A stretch of 64,000 bases of DNA from Lachnospiraceae bacterium (GTDB taxonomy: Bacteria; Bacillota; Clostridia; Lachnospirales; Lachnospiraceae): contig SVFF01000003.1 of the NCBI GenBank assembly GCA_015057005.1, positions 8,972 to 72,971 of the forward strand, given 5' to 3'. The notes under the pieces were generated by a model, which saw nothing but the letters and a program-made list of their open reading frames with translations, made no database searches and was not told the origin of the DNA. Shown piece after piece: positions 31,001-37,660 of the stretch. A program made the position numbers and the translations under genes. Within the stretch, counting starts at the first letter, position 1, and every line of letters starts with the position of its first letter.

Positions 31001-31336
31001 GGTTATCTCGACGGCGACAAATATGTTGCAGTAGAAGCAACTGCGAATACTGATGGAAGCTACGGCTTTGAAGTGCCAGAGGAAGTTACTGAAGTGACGG
31101 TTGTGGTTGCTGGAGATGCAACTACTGGGGATGGAAAAGTAGATTCTGCAGATGCGACCCTGCTTGCAAGAAGTGTACTTCCTAGTACACATCCTGCATA
31201 TCTGGAATTGACTCCTGAACAATTCTTTGCTCTGGACATCAATGGAGATGGAAAAATAGACTCTGCAGATACAACTCTACTTTCTCGTAGCATTCTGCCG
31301 GATACACATGGAGCGTATAAACCACTTGATTGGTAA
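25013..31336 (+). CDS. large secreted multidomain protein with Cys/His repeats, degenerate NAGPA (phosphodiester glycosidase)-like domain, Ig-like domain, X-module and dockerin
   Basis: GGGGGA RBS and signal peptide MKYYRKKRILSLML. PTCT--G---YTC repeats; TLAPGI…GTAMGITKTG…AILLDQGDT; C-terminal dockerin identical to that of the 3632-aa protein. Confidence 0.88.
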   Translation: MKYYRKKRILSLMLALVLMISMMPLQVTADEYDSYQTVQEQSDAFLIKYLGTTNMSEEETQKAVYALDNDSYYNAMDELHAMLPLFEQLTEEELQTFGAANPTFVVFADTIMTTNSYEIMLLAASGTILDGQITVTDTASNVTVTNNTATVTVTGSGGLTSGKTSSNTVTITNTSGSTAMVSFDYSCQATGTFTFSENTSGSYSGMLAAGESVHYTMSATGGALFSSSKATLTLSNFKLSKAQDSSKVTVSFDSVKGSVTADGIAISDGTVVEGITPADGVVLKAEPGSGYGFACWINAADESILSYDEGYVLQPESDISVKAVFYNTDTDAYFSINKILYYSLNEALGAAKQGDVIVLANNGTLTAGDYTIPAGITLLIPFEEGGVVYTTAPGSSSATTTPSAYRTLTMAEGANLIINGTMNVNARHNRNSGRPVEKYGYVVMKEGSSIKVNGSLYAYGYISGKGMVKIMSGASVYEYFQIIDFRGGTATLGMYNNSNDVFPLSQYYVQNVEVPMTLEAGASEYGYTTLYMSSTEYHSTVKFIGTSGAMFNLTSGSVTKQYDGTTDRLSIKANGTMSLDPLSLSVSSMSINSKDYVLPINSSITIELESGTATINQDIALQPDAQLSIGEGARCILASGVRLYVYDYDQWGNYVYSGKQLRAVPYAPGRTYKSASSSSRTVSGDAGIRVAGTLDASAGKLYTTVGGAAITGVEGGAVKMSSVSNGSTYQATQSGTSVSYDTISVTSAKLRNGDGSYVSTSANTYAYEDGAWAISCEHSYNTSSVEPTCTIDGSITYTCSKCGRSYSERIPALSHAMVYSAVKEATCTENGESAGAYCSRCDYVEASSNVIPALGHDWTMVSHVEATCTTDGSTLYDCSRCDETMEENVIATGHDYDDGFVTQIASCTTAGIRTFTCANCGDCQEEEIPLLGHDLTKHVAKLASYTSVGWDAYEECSRCDYSTYQEYPILSRPPVSDYATFLENLLLLEEIADHFVEENPGQDPVALVLNYIRTGISSYTTATWKIMAGNENIAFTEYVMAYEDAYNTLVTEEEELISVVSIRNIKHFAAPSDPDFELEFTHMFGTMDIIQHNRGSVDHADVAGWSGDLVDLLDLVDTRSDVTGKETVEEMVEAIFAGDYIAGGVESFGRQDMYGDLDAFYIMNKLGKQEYHTGLLAEILRNYFVEGLADEDRAAYFITNRMSGITNRKQLRTAVYEEYAGNKVNMTLEGTRTFQSDSTKLYDLRLSCCYAFADYLWQLAGDYVEENQNTSLIISSGEKITLAPGIEQQTNSAVNANGKKINYYIATADLNREDVRIDSAVGKGTVLNQIQCYDANVIAGMNAGDIAVVGSYENSSSLEKILTGTELVKDGKSAVSEDDNSSSGTAMGITKTGKAVFMTVDSATLTEIAQIMLDAGCATAILLDQGDTTSYVSRLETEEIFTDHTSNRKEVDSVLMMISDASDNSTFDHAILHADYSYMTVNAGARISAVGVTARGMEVPIPEGNLTWSVSDSRIGAIDSEGIFTANAEGMVEVYLRLNDQQIGSITLYVVTPDTIYFTKSNINAYFNEVTPLPLSALYNRKPVAIAAKDVTFNVSDNEEGVSGGTVTGFDFVGDEASGMKTVTIAASLTADPDITDTVSVTMYHPGDVVFDFNNVTGGDRQLAWLREVSNTVTEDGNTYYVVEPDEAMVVEYTLAIDMSAIEVPEQLKDLTNMLPGADSTDGTAWGFLLKLAERVSELSEVRAEIQFDPNFKVDLSGLKLENEYFILNDVNLTESTNVLTVTMKWRKQSTAIDPATANPICVVSGIKQIPKADAAWDASSRMTPVNSGVLSYQFYLSAGALYTFAGDEANQKTYGLTPYINPDDSGDRGAFFGSEYASFEDTFTLVNALKNGWYFEDGQNIFYVDGVVHTEHSARESVITNPNCTEGGYTTNVCSICDVTYITDETEPLGHEWGEDNKCIHCGIRSDVTVKTVGTIPYKVDGNEVTVDHEIACKVGYLDGDKYVAVEATANTDGSYGFEVPEEVTEVTVVVAGDATTGDGKVDSADATLLARSVLPSTHPAYLELTPEQFFALDINGDGKIDSADTTLLSRSILPDTHGAYKPLDW

Positions 31337-31349
31337 ATGCAAATAATGA
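31084..31349 (+). repeat. dockerin cassette copy 2
   Basis: Identical to 17645-17910. Confidence 0.92.
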
Positions 31350-31389
31350 GTGCAGTTGTATGAGTATAAAAATGCTTATACAACTGCAC
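31350..31389 (+). promoter_or_regulatory. second copy of the 18-bp stem-loop with pairing-preserving substitutions
   Basis: gtgcagttgtatgagtat-aaaa-atgcttatacaactgcac. Confidence 0.6.
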
Positions 31390-31409
31390 AAATGGAAGGA
31401 ACCTAAAAA

Positions 31410-31583
31410 AGGAAGAAAAGTATTCAAAGAATATTATCGGTAGCGTTATCTTTGATATTGATATTCAGCAATATTAATATGTCAGTATTTGTTGCAGATA
31501 TTACTGGAGACGGTAAATTCCTTGCCAATGATAAAGCTGCCATAAATGCAATTCTTGCGGGTAAGATTTCTTTGTCTTGGTGA
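31410..31583 (+). pseudogene. deletion scar: scaffoldin signal peptide (ATG->AGG) fused to half of a different dockerin
   Basis: Reads RKKSIQRILSVALSLILIFSNINMSV-FVADITGDGKFLANDKAAINAILAGKISLSW*. The first part matches 17971 onward; the second has the DxxGDG…D loop and a terminal Trp. Confidence 0.75.
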
Positions 31584-31682
31584 TGAATTACAAAAAGTGA
31601 TATTTTTATTATTGAAAGGATATAAATACAACTACGCTTAGCGTGGGTTGGTTTGACTAGTGGAAGAATAAGATGAAGTTCT

Positions 31683-31843
31683 ATGAAATATTGCCCAAAA
31701 TGCAGAAAAGAAATTTGGAAGAACTAATCTGTCCAATTTGAGGAGCAACACTTATTAATCTTGCAAATGATGAAGAAATCAAAGAAAATGAGTATGAAGC
31801 GGCTGAAATAGTTTCCACAATGATGGTAACAGGAATTTTGTAA
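31683..31843 (+). pseudogene. small zinc-ribbon protein pseudogene
   Basis: MKYCPKCRKE, a frameshift, then LEELICPI*GATL…EAAEIVSTMMVTGIL*. The second CxxC is broken by TGA. Confidence 0.55.
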
Positions 31844-31998
31844 ATTTCAATTGTCGAACTGGTGAAAAATTCAGTTTGCCTGTGCGATATACTTCAAGTG
31901 ATCGCACAAGTTAAATGGAGATAGCCTAAGTAAAAATGGCACTTATACAAGACTCTCCTTTCTTAAAAATAGTGTCAAAGTTTCTAATAGTATGTATG

Positions 31999-32093
31999 AG
32001 GTACTCAAAGGTACTCAAGCCGAAAACCTGGAAACATGCATAAATACTGGGTTTTTGAGCAATTATAACTGGGTCCGATTCCCGTCAGCAGCT
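31999..32093 (+). mobile_element. attR-like island end: tandem 10-bp repeat plus tRNA 3'-end fragment (probably tRNA-Thr)
   Basis: aggtactcaa x2 (31999-32018). gggtccgattcccgtcagcagct (32071-32093) is a T-loop, 3' T-stem and acceptor strand without the tRNA 5' part. Confidence 0.65.
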
Positions 32094-32098
32094 CGCTA

Positions 32099-32131
32099 AA
32101 ACCCCCTTGATGATTCAAGGGGGTTTGTTTT
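32099..32131 (+). terminator. intrinsic terminator after the tRNA fragment
   Basis: aaacccccttga-tgat-tcaagggggttt followed by gtttt. Confidence 0.75.
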
Positions 32132-32358
32132 ACATTCTTAATATCTTATAATCTAATTATTTCTAAATTGTTCGTTTTTATTTCAATATGACTAAAAAGA
32201 CATAATCAAGAGGGAGAAATTGCAGGATTGGTAGTTTCTTTTTTGGTTACAGAATGTTAAAATGAACTTGTGCGATAAACACAATTTAAACGCGAAATGG
32301 GGTCTCGGCATTTAACAAATGCTCATTGAATTTTGAGGAAAGGAAAGAGAAAACACAA

Positions 32359-33291
32359 ATGAAACAGCAACAGGCATTTTCTGGAAATGAAAAAATGTTA
32401 AAAGGCGCTCTGCACTGTCATACCACCCGATCAGATGGGAGAGGCACTCCCGAGGAAGTGATTCGTTATCATTATCAGCATGGATATGATTTCCTTGCAA
32501 TTACGGATCACAGGAATTACAACCTGAAGAATTTTGCTCCTGATGTGCCAATCACAATTATCCCCGGGATGGAATATGATAGCCACATCGAATGGAAAAA
32601 TGGATTCCGCTGTTTCCATACTGTATGTGTCGGTCCGGTGACTGGAAATGGGTTTAAACAGGATGAACAGCCGGAATCAGGGAAAGCAAGTAACCAGGAA
32701 GAATACCAGCCCTATCTGGATGATATTCATGCAAAGGGAAATCTGACGATTTACTGCCATCCGGAATGGAGTTCGACACCGGCACGGTATTTTGAAAACC
32801 AAAAGGGCAATTTTGCGATGGAAATATGGAACAGCGGTTGTGCGCTGAATTGTGATATGGATACAGATGCTGCATACTGGGATGAAATCCTTGGACAGGG
32901 AAAAGTTCTCTACGGTGTGGCAACAGATGACGGGCACGCGATGGAAGAACATTGTAATGGCTGGGTTATGGTAAGAGCAGAAAATAATGTAAATGCCATA
33001 CTGGAAGCCTTAAAGGCAGGGGAATTCTACTCTTCCTGTGGTCCGGAAATTTACAATTTTTATGTTGAGGATGGCAAAGCAGTGGTAGAATGTTCTCCGG
33101 TTGCGAAAATTCGTTTCCATAGCGATAAGAATCCTACCCGTATTGTCCGTTCTGCAGATGGAACAATGACGCGTGCGGAAATAGATCTGGCCGACACTTG
33201 GTGGGCATCGTCAGGTGAATATAAATACGTCCGTGCAACGGTTATTGATAAAAATGGCAAGTACGCATGGACAAATCCTATTTTTTTGTAA
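32359..33291 (+). CDS. PHP-domain metallohydrolase (CehA/McbA-like)
   Basis: KGALHCHTTRSDG, LAITDH, GMEY, CHP, ATDDGH and terminal AWTNPI. Confidence 0.88.
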   Translation: MKQQQAFSGNEKMLKGALHCHTTRSDGRGTPEEVIRYHYQHGYDFLAITDHRNYNLKNFAPDVPITIIPGMEYDSHIEWKNGFRCFHTVCVGPVTGNGFKQDEQPESGKASNQEEYQPYLDDIHAKGNLTIYCHPEWSSTPARYFENQKGNFAMEIWNSGCALNCDMDTDAAYWDEILGQGKVLYGVATDDGHAMEEHCNGWVMVRAENNVNAILEALKAGEFYSSCGPEIYNFYVEDGKAVVECSPVAKIRFHSDKNPTRIVRSADGTMTRAEIDLADTWWASSGEYKYVRATVIDKNGKYAWTNPIFL

Positions 33292-33308
33292 GTAAAGGCG
33301 AAGATTAA

Positions 33309-35012
33309 ATGAAAAAAATCACATATGGCACTCCGGAAAAATATACCCCAGCTGTTTTCTGTGAAAATTTTTCATATACGGAAACAGAAATAACCTATCC
33401 GGTCGATCAAATTAAATTTAAGTGTAACCAAAGAGGGTGCGTCCTGACATTGCCCTTGGGGAGCGAAGAGCAGATTTATGGTCTGGGACTGCAATTAAAG
33501 ACATTTAATCTGCGCGGAAAGAAGTTAATTATCCGACCAAATGCTGACCCCGTGGCGGCAACGGGCGATTCCCATGCGCCGGTACCGTTTTTTGTAAGTA
33601 CGGCTGGTTATGGAATCTATGTGGACACAGCCCGGTATGCGGAGTTTTATTTTGGTTCCTCAAAATTTTTGACAGAGAAAGAAGAACCGGTGGGGAAAAA
33701 GGAAATAGCTTCTTCGACGGAACAACTCTATGCAGCAAAAAATACCGGTGACTCTAACATCAGTATTCAGATTCCGGCAGCGCGTGGAGTTGATATATAT
33801 GTTATAGAAGGCAAAAATATTACCGACGTGGTAGCGCAATATAATATGCTTGCCGGGGGAGGGTGCAGTGTTCCGGAATGGGGACTGTCTGCCATTTACC
33901 GTTGTGACGGAAGATATACCCAGGAACGCGTGTTGGAAGCAGCCCAAAAACTGCGTGAAGATGAAATTCCGGTGGGTATCATCGGGCTGGAACCGGGCTG
34001 GCATTCAAGGGCATATTCTTGTTCTTACGTCTGGGACAAAGAAATGTATCCGGAACCGCAGAAACTGGTGGATGGCTTGAGAAATCTTGATTACCATGTC
34101 AATCTGTGGGAGCATGCTTTTGTGCATCCGGAATCCCCCATTTACAAAGAACTTGTTCCGTACAGCGGAGATTACGAGGTGTGGAATGGCTGTGTACCGG
34201 ATTTGTCTATGGAAGGCGCCCGTGAGATTTTTGCCTCTTACCACAAGAAGTTAGTGGACATGGGAATCGATGGTTTCAAGTTGGACGAATGTGACAGTAG
34301 CGATTATACGGGTAGCTGGTCATTCCCCAATCTGGCAGAATTTCCGTCCGGAATGGATGGCGAGCAGTATCATTCGTTATTTGGCACTTTGTATATGCAG
34401 ACTATTCTGAAAGCACTTGGAGATAATCCAACATTTTCGGATGTTCGAAATGCGGGTGCACTTTCTTCGTCATATCCATTTGTACTGTATAGTGACTTGT
34501 ATGATCACAGAGATTTTATCCGCGGTTGTGCAACGGCCGGATTTGGCGGAGTTCTGTGGACTCCGGAAGTTCGGCATGCTGACACAAAGGAAGAATTTGT
34601 ACGTAGATTGCAAAGTAATGTTTTCTCGGTACAGTGTTTGATTAATGCATGGTATTGTGAGGTCTTTCCATGGTTAGCGCATGACTGCAAACAGGAAGTA
34701 AAAGAATTGCTGGAATTGCGTGAGAAACTTAAACCGATGTTGAAAAAAGCATTTGATAAGTATAAGGAAACAGGGATACCGCCTGTTAGAGCTCTTGTCA
34801 GCGATTACAGCGATGATGCCGAGACCTATAATATTGATGATCAATATATTTTCTGTGATGACCTTATTGTGGCACCGATCATTGCTGGTGAGAATTCCCG
34901 TGAGGTTTATCTTCCGGCCGGTCAGTGGAGAGACTACTTCACAAAGAAACCGGTGGAGAGCGGACGATTTACAGTTTCGACGGATTCCATTCCTGTTTAT
35001 GAAAAGATGTGA
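33309..35012 (+). CDS. glycoside hydrolase family 31
   Basis: HAPVPFFVSTAGYG, GIDGFKLDECD nucleophile motif, G-PPVRAL, DQYIFCDDLIVAPI and VYLPAGQW. Confidence 0.88.
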   Translation: MKKITYGTPEKYTPAVFCENFSYTETEITYPVDQIKFKCNQRGCVLTLPLGSEEQIYGLGLQLKTFNLRGKKLIIRPNADPVAATGDSHAPVPFFVSTAGYGIYVDTARYAEFYFGSSKFLTEKEEPVGKKEIASSTEQLYAAKNTGDSNISIQIPAARGVDIYVIEGKNITDVVAQYNMLAGGGCSVPEWGLSAIYRCDGRYTQERVLEAAQKLREDEIPVGIIGLEPGWHSRAYSCSYVWDKEMYPEPQKLVDGLRNLDYHVNLWEHAFVHPESPIYKELVPYSGDYEVWNGCVPDLSMEGAREIFASYHKKLVDMGIDGFKLDECDSSDYTGSWSFPNLAEFPSGMDGEQYHSLFGTLYMQTILKALGDNPTFSDVRNAGALSSSYPFVLYSDLYDHRDFIRGCATAGFGGVLWTPEVRHADTKEEFVRRLQSNVFSVQCLINAWYCEVFPWLAHDCKQEVKELLELREKLKPMLKKAFDKYKETGIPPVRALVSDYSDDAETYNIDDQYIFCDDLIVAPIIAGENSREVYLPAGQWRDYFTKKPVESGRFTVSTDSIPVYEKM

Positions 35013-35043
35013 TATCTTAAATAAAAATCAGCCCCCCTAAATG

Positions 35044-35082
35044 AAGTGGAAACCTTGAAAAATCAAGGCTTCCACTTTTTTT
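35044..35082 (+). terminator. intrinsic terminator
   Basis: aagtggaaaccttga-aaaa-tcaaggcttccactt followed by a T run. Confidence 0.75.
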
Positions 35083-35196
35083 GTTTGAAAAAATGCAGAT
35101 ATCTCTCTGATACAGTCAAGAGGAACACCGCAAGCATTTAAGTTACTGGTATATGCGTTTTGGTATTGTCAGGGAGTAACTTGAAGAATAGACAAC

Positions 35197-35225
35197 TTGA
35201 TAATGCAGCATCAAACTGCTATAAT
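35197..35225 (+). promoter_or_regulatory. sigma70-type promoter
   Basis: TTGATA-17 bp-TATAAT with extended -10 TG. Confidence 0.6.
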
Positions 35226-35292
35226 CTATAATAATATTATTGCTTGGGAGACAATAATACTTATCGTTCATTACAAGGATAGTTGGAGACAT

Positions 35293-36150
35293 ATGAAAAT
35301 AGTAATTATTGGCCTTGGAAGTATTGGTAGGACTATATTGAAAAACCTTTCCGGCGAAGGTCATACGATCACGATCATCGACGAAAACAAGGATCTGATC
35401 GAGGGTTTGATTGAGAAATATGATGTGTTTCGCAGCGAGGAATTTAAGAGCTATTTTGCCATCATTGCCGGTGCCATTGCAATGGTATTTATCAGTCTGG
35501 TTTGGAGATTTGAAGCATTTCCACAGGTCTATACAACAGAGGAAGCATTCCGCCATTCGTTGTTTCAGGTAGCTTCATTAATGACCACGGCAGGCTATAC
35601 TACTACTGACTATCATGTATGGCCTATACTCGCCACTACAAGCTTGATCCTGGTGATGTATATCGGAGCCATGGCAGGTTCTACCGCCGGTGGTATCAAG
35701 GTCTCTCGTATCGTCATTGCAATAAAAGGTGCGTATATCAATATCCGTAAGATGATCAATCCACGGTATGTACCGAAAGCAAAATTCGAAGGCAAGATAC
35801 TTGAGAGCAAAACCATTAACGATGTGTTTGGTTTCATTACACTCTATTTCTTTATTTTCTTGGCAGCCCTGTTTTTATTGGCGTTCGACCCTGTGAATGG
35901 GCAAATTATAAATATCGTGTCAGATGCCGGAACCTATACAGTTGAGCATGGTTTTTTTAGTAACTTCTCTGCCGTTCTCACCTGTATTTCCAACGTAGGA
36001 CCTGCGTTTGAGGCCGTAGGCCCTTATTCCAATTTCGCGGGGTATAATAATTTTTCGACAATCGTTTTGACTTTTACCATGATGCTTGGCAGATTGGAAA
36101 TCCTTCCGGTGCTGATTTTATTTAGCAAGCGGACCTGGAAAAGGGTCTAA
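35293..36150 (+). pseudogene. in-frame trkA::trkH deletion chimera (TrkA N-terminus fused to TrkH C-terminal half)
   Basis: The first ~45 aa are a TrkA Rossmann start (MKIVIIGLGSIGR…KYDV). The rest is the TrkH C-half (MTTAGY, GSTAGGIKVSR, CISNVGP, MMLGRLEI). Confidence 0.8.
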
Positions 36151-36394
36151 GCGCTGTCAGCTTATGTATCCATGCTCTTCATCACCATTTCATCGTAGGA
36201 CGGCTGCAAGGTCTGGCCGGGCTGCAAGATCCAAACAGAATGGGCCAGGAATTATTATGAGTGGAATGGCAGCGAAAAGGTACGGTGTGAGGATGGATCA
36301 GAATTGTATCGGGACATTTCCCGTCGGAGAATGCGGCAACTGATGAAATTTTTGAAACCACGTATATGAGAGAAAAAGTACAGGAGGACAAACT

Positions 36395-37513
36395 ATGTTA
36401 TCGGTAGATATCGAGCGATTCTGGGCGGATGATGAGCTTGCCCACAAAGATAATTGTTTTTCCAAGGAGGCACCCCAGGTGGCCCTGGGTATCCGCATGA
36501 GCGATGAATGTGTATTTGCGGAACTGGGAGAGCCGGGCAATCCCTGGGGAACGCTGGAGCGGGAGAAGAGAATTGCCTTTAACAAGCGTTACAATGATCT
36601 GGCAGAGCAGATCGTGGGAATCAGACTGCTCAATGAGAAGATTCCCTTGCCAGAGGAATGTTTCCCTGCTTTTAAAGAGATTGGAGAGGTTTTCGGCGGT
36701 CAATATGTGGATAACGGCAACAGCATCTGGTTAAAGGGCAGCTGCTCCACTCCTCAGGAACTGGAAAAAATGCTGGACCGGGTGGACGGTATGGACATCA
36801 AGAGCTTTATCCTGCCGGCAAACTGGGAACAGGAAAAGAACAGACTTTGGAATGATTACGGCAAGAAACCCTGGGTCTGGAATGATATCAGAGGGCCTGT
36901 GACCCTGGCCACCTCGGTGTATGGCGTAGAAAATCTGATCTTTCTCTATTATGATGAGCCGGAGCTTTTTGAGCGTTTCAGCAAGACTATTTTGAAGGTG
37001 ATGTTACAGTACATTGATATTTTCAGGGAGGAAGCGGGATATACTGCGGAAAATGCTCCCAGAGGCTTTGGATTCCGTGATGATGACTGCTGCTTGTTGA
37101 CACCGGAGATGTATGAAATTTTCGGATATCCGATCCTGAAGAAGATTTTTGAGTATACTGCGCCGGATCCGGAGGATTGGAGATACCAGCACTCTGATTC
37201 TGCCATGGGTCATCTGTTGCCTATTTTGGCCGGACTGAATCTGACGGGCTGCAATTTCGGCCCCAACCTTACGGTGTCGGAGATCAGAAAGCACATGCCC
37301 CGCACCAGAATTGACGGCCAGCTGGCGCCCTTCACCTTCATGCGCAACAATCAGGAGGAGATCATTGCGGAAGTAAAGCGTGACTGTGAGATGGCCAAGG
37401 AAGGAGATTTAAGAGGATTGAACCTGACGACTGCCGGCTCCATCAATAACGGCAGCAGCCTTTTGAGCATGCGGACTGTTATGTATGCGATCCAGAATTT
37501 CGGAAGATATTAA
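36395..37513 (+). CDS. uroporphyrinogen decarboxylase (URO-D/CIMS-like) family protein
   Basis: RGPVTLATSVYG, DDDCCLLTPEMYEIF-YP, HSDS and IDGQLAP patterns; GGAGG RBS. Confidence 0.8.
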   Translation: MLSVDIERFWADDELAHKDNCFSKEAPQVALGIRMSDECVFAELGEPGNPWGTLEREKRIAFNKRYNDLAEQIVGIRLLNEKIPLPEECFPAFKEIGEVFGGQYVDNGNSIWLKGSCSTPQELEKMLDRVDGMDIKSFILPANWEQEKNRLWNDYGKKPWVWNDIRGPVTLATSVYGVENLIFLYYDEPELFERFSKTILKVMLQYIDIFREEAGYTAENAPRGFGFRDDDCCLLTPEMYEIFGYPILKKIFEYTAPDPEDWRYQHSDSAMGHLLPILAGLNLTGCNFGPNLTVSEIRKHMPRTRIDGQLAPFTFMRNNQEEIIAEVKRDCEMAKEGDLRGLNLTTAGSINNGSSLLSMRTVMYAIQNFGRY

Positions 37514-37660
37514 TGAGATTATAGCAAGGATTATTTGGAGGCTTTGTGTTTCCCGTGGGGGCGCAGAGCCTCTGTTTTTGATTGCGTTTAAGACGGAAGC
37601 ATGATATGATAAATGCAGATGCAAAAGGACTTAAAAGATTGGACGGATGGACTGAAATTT

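Noticed and set aside
6999-31336. Classical cellulosome
   Set aside because: Only one cohesin-like domain, and no recognisable cellulase or CBM3. The window's GH31, GH43 and GH88 lack signal peptides and dockerins.
17645-31349. Diversity-generating retroelement TR/VR pair
   Set aside because: The core copies are identical rather than differing at adenines, both are coding 3' ends, and there is no reverse transcriptase in the window.
32020-32097. Complete tRNA gene
   Set aside because: Only the T-loop and 3' acceptor strand are present; no D or anticodon arm and no CCA.
35197-35292. N-terminal extension of the Trk ORF from TTG 35197 (likewise extended starts at 24953, 45381, 55212, 62125)
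   Set aside because: These overlap promoters or upstream genes; downstream starts have RBSs and match family N-termini.
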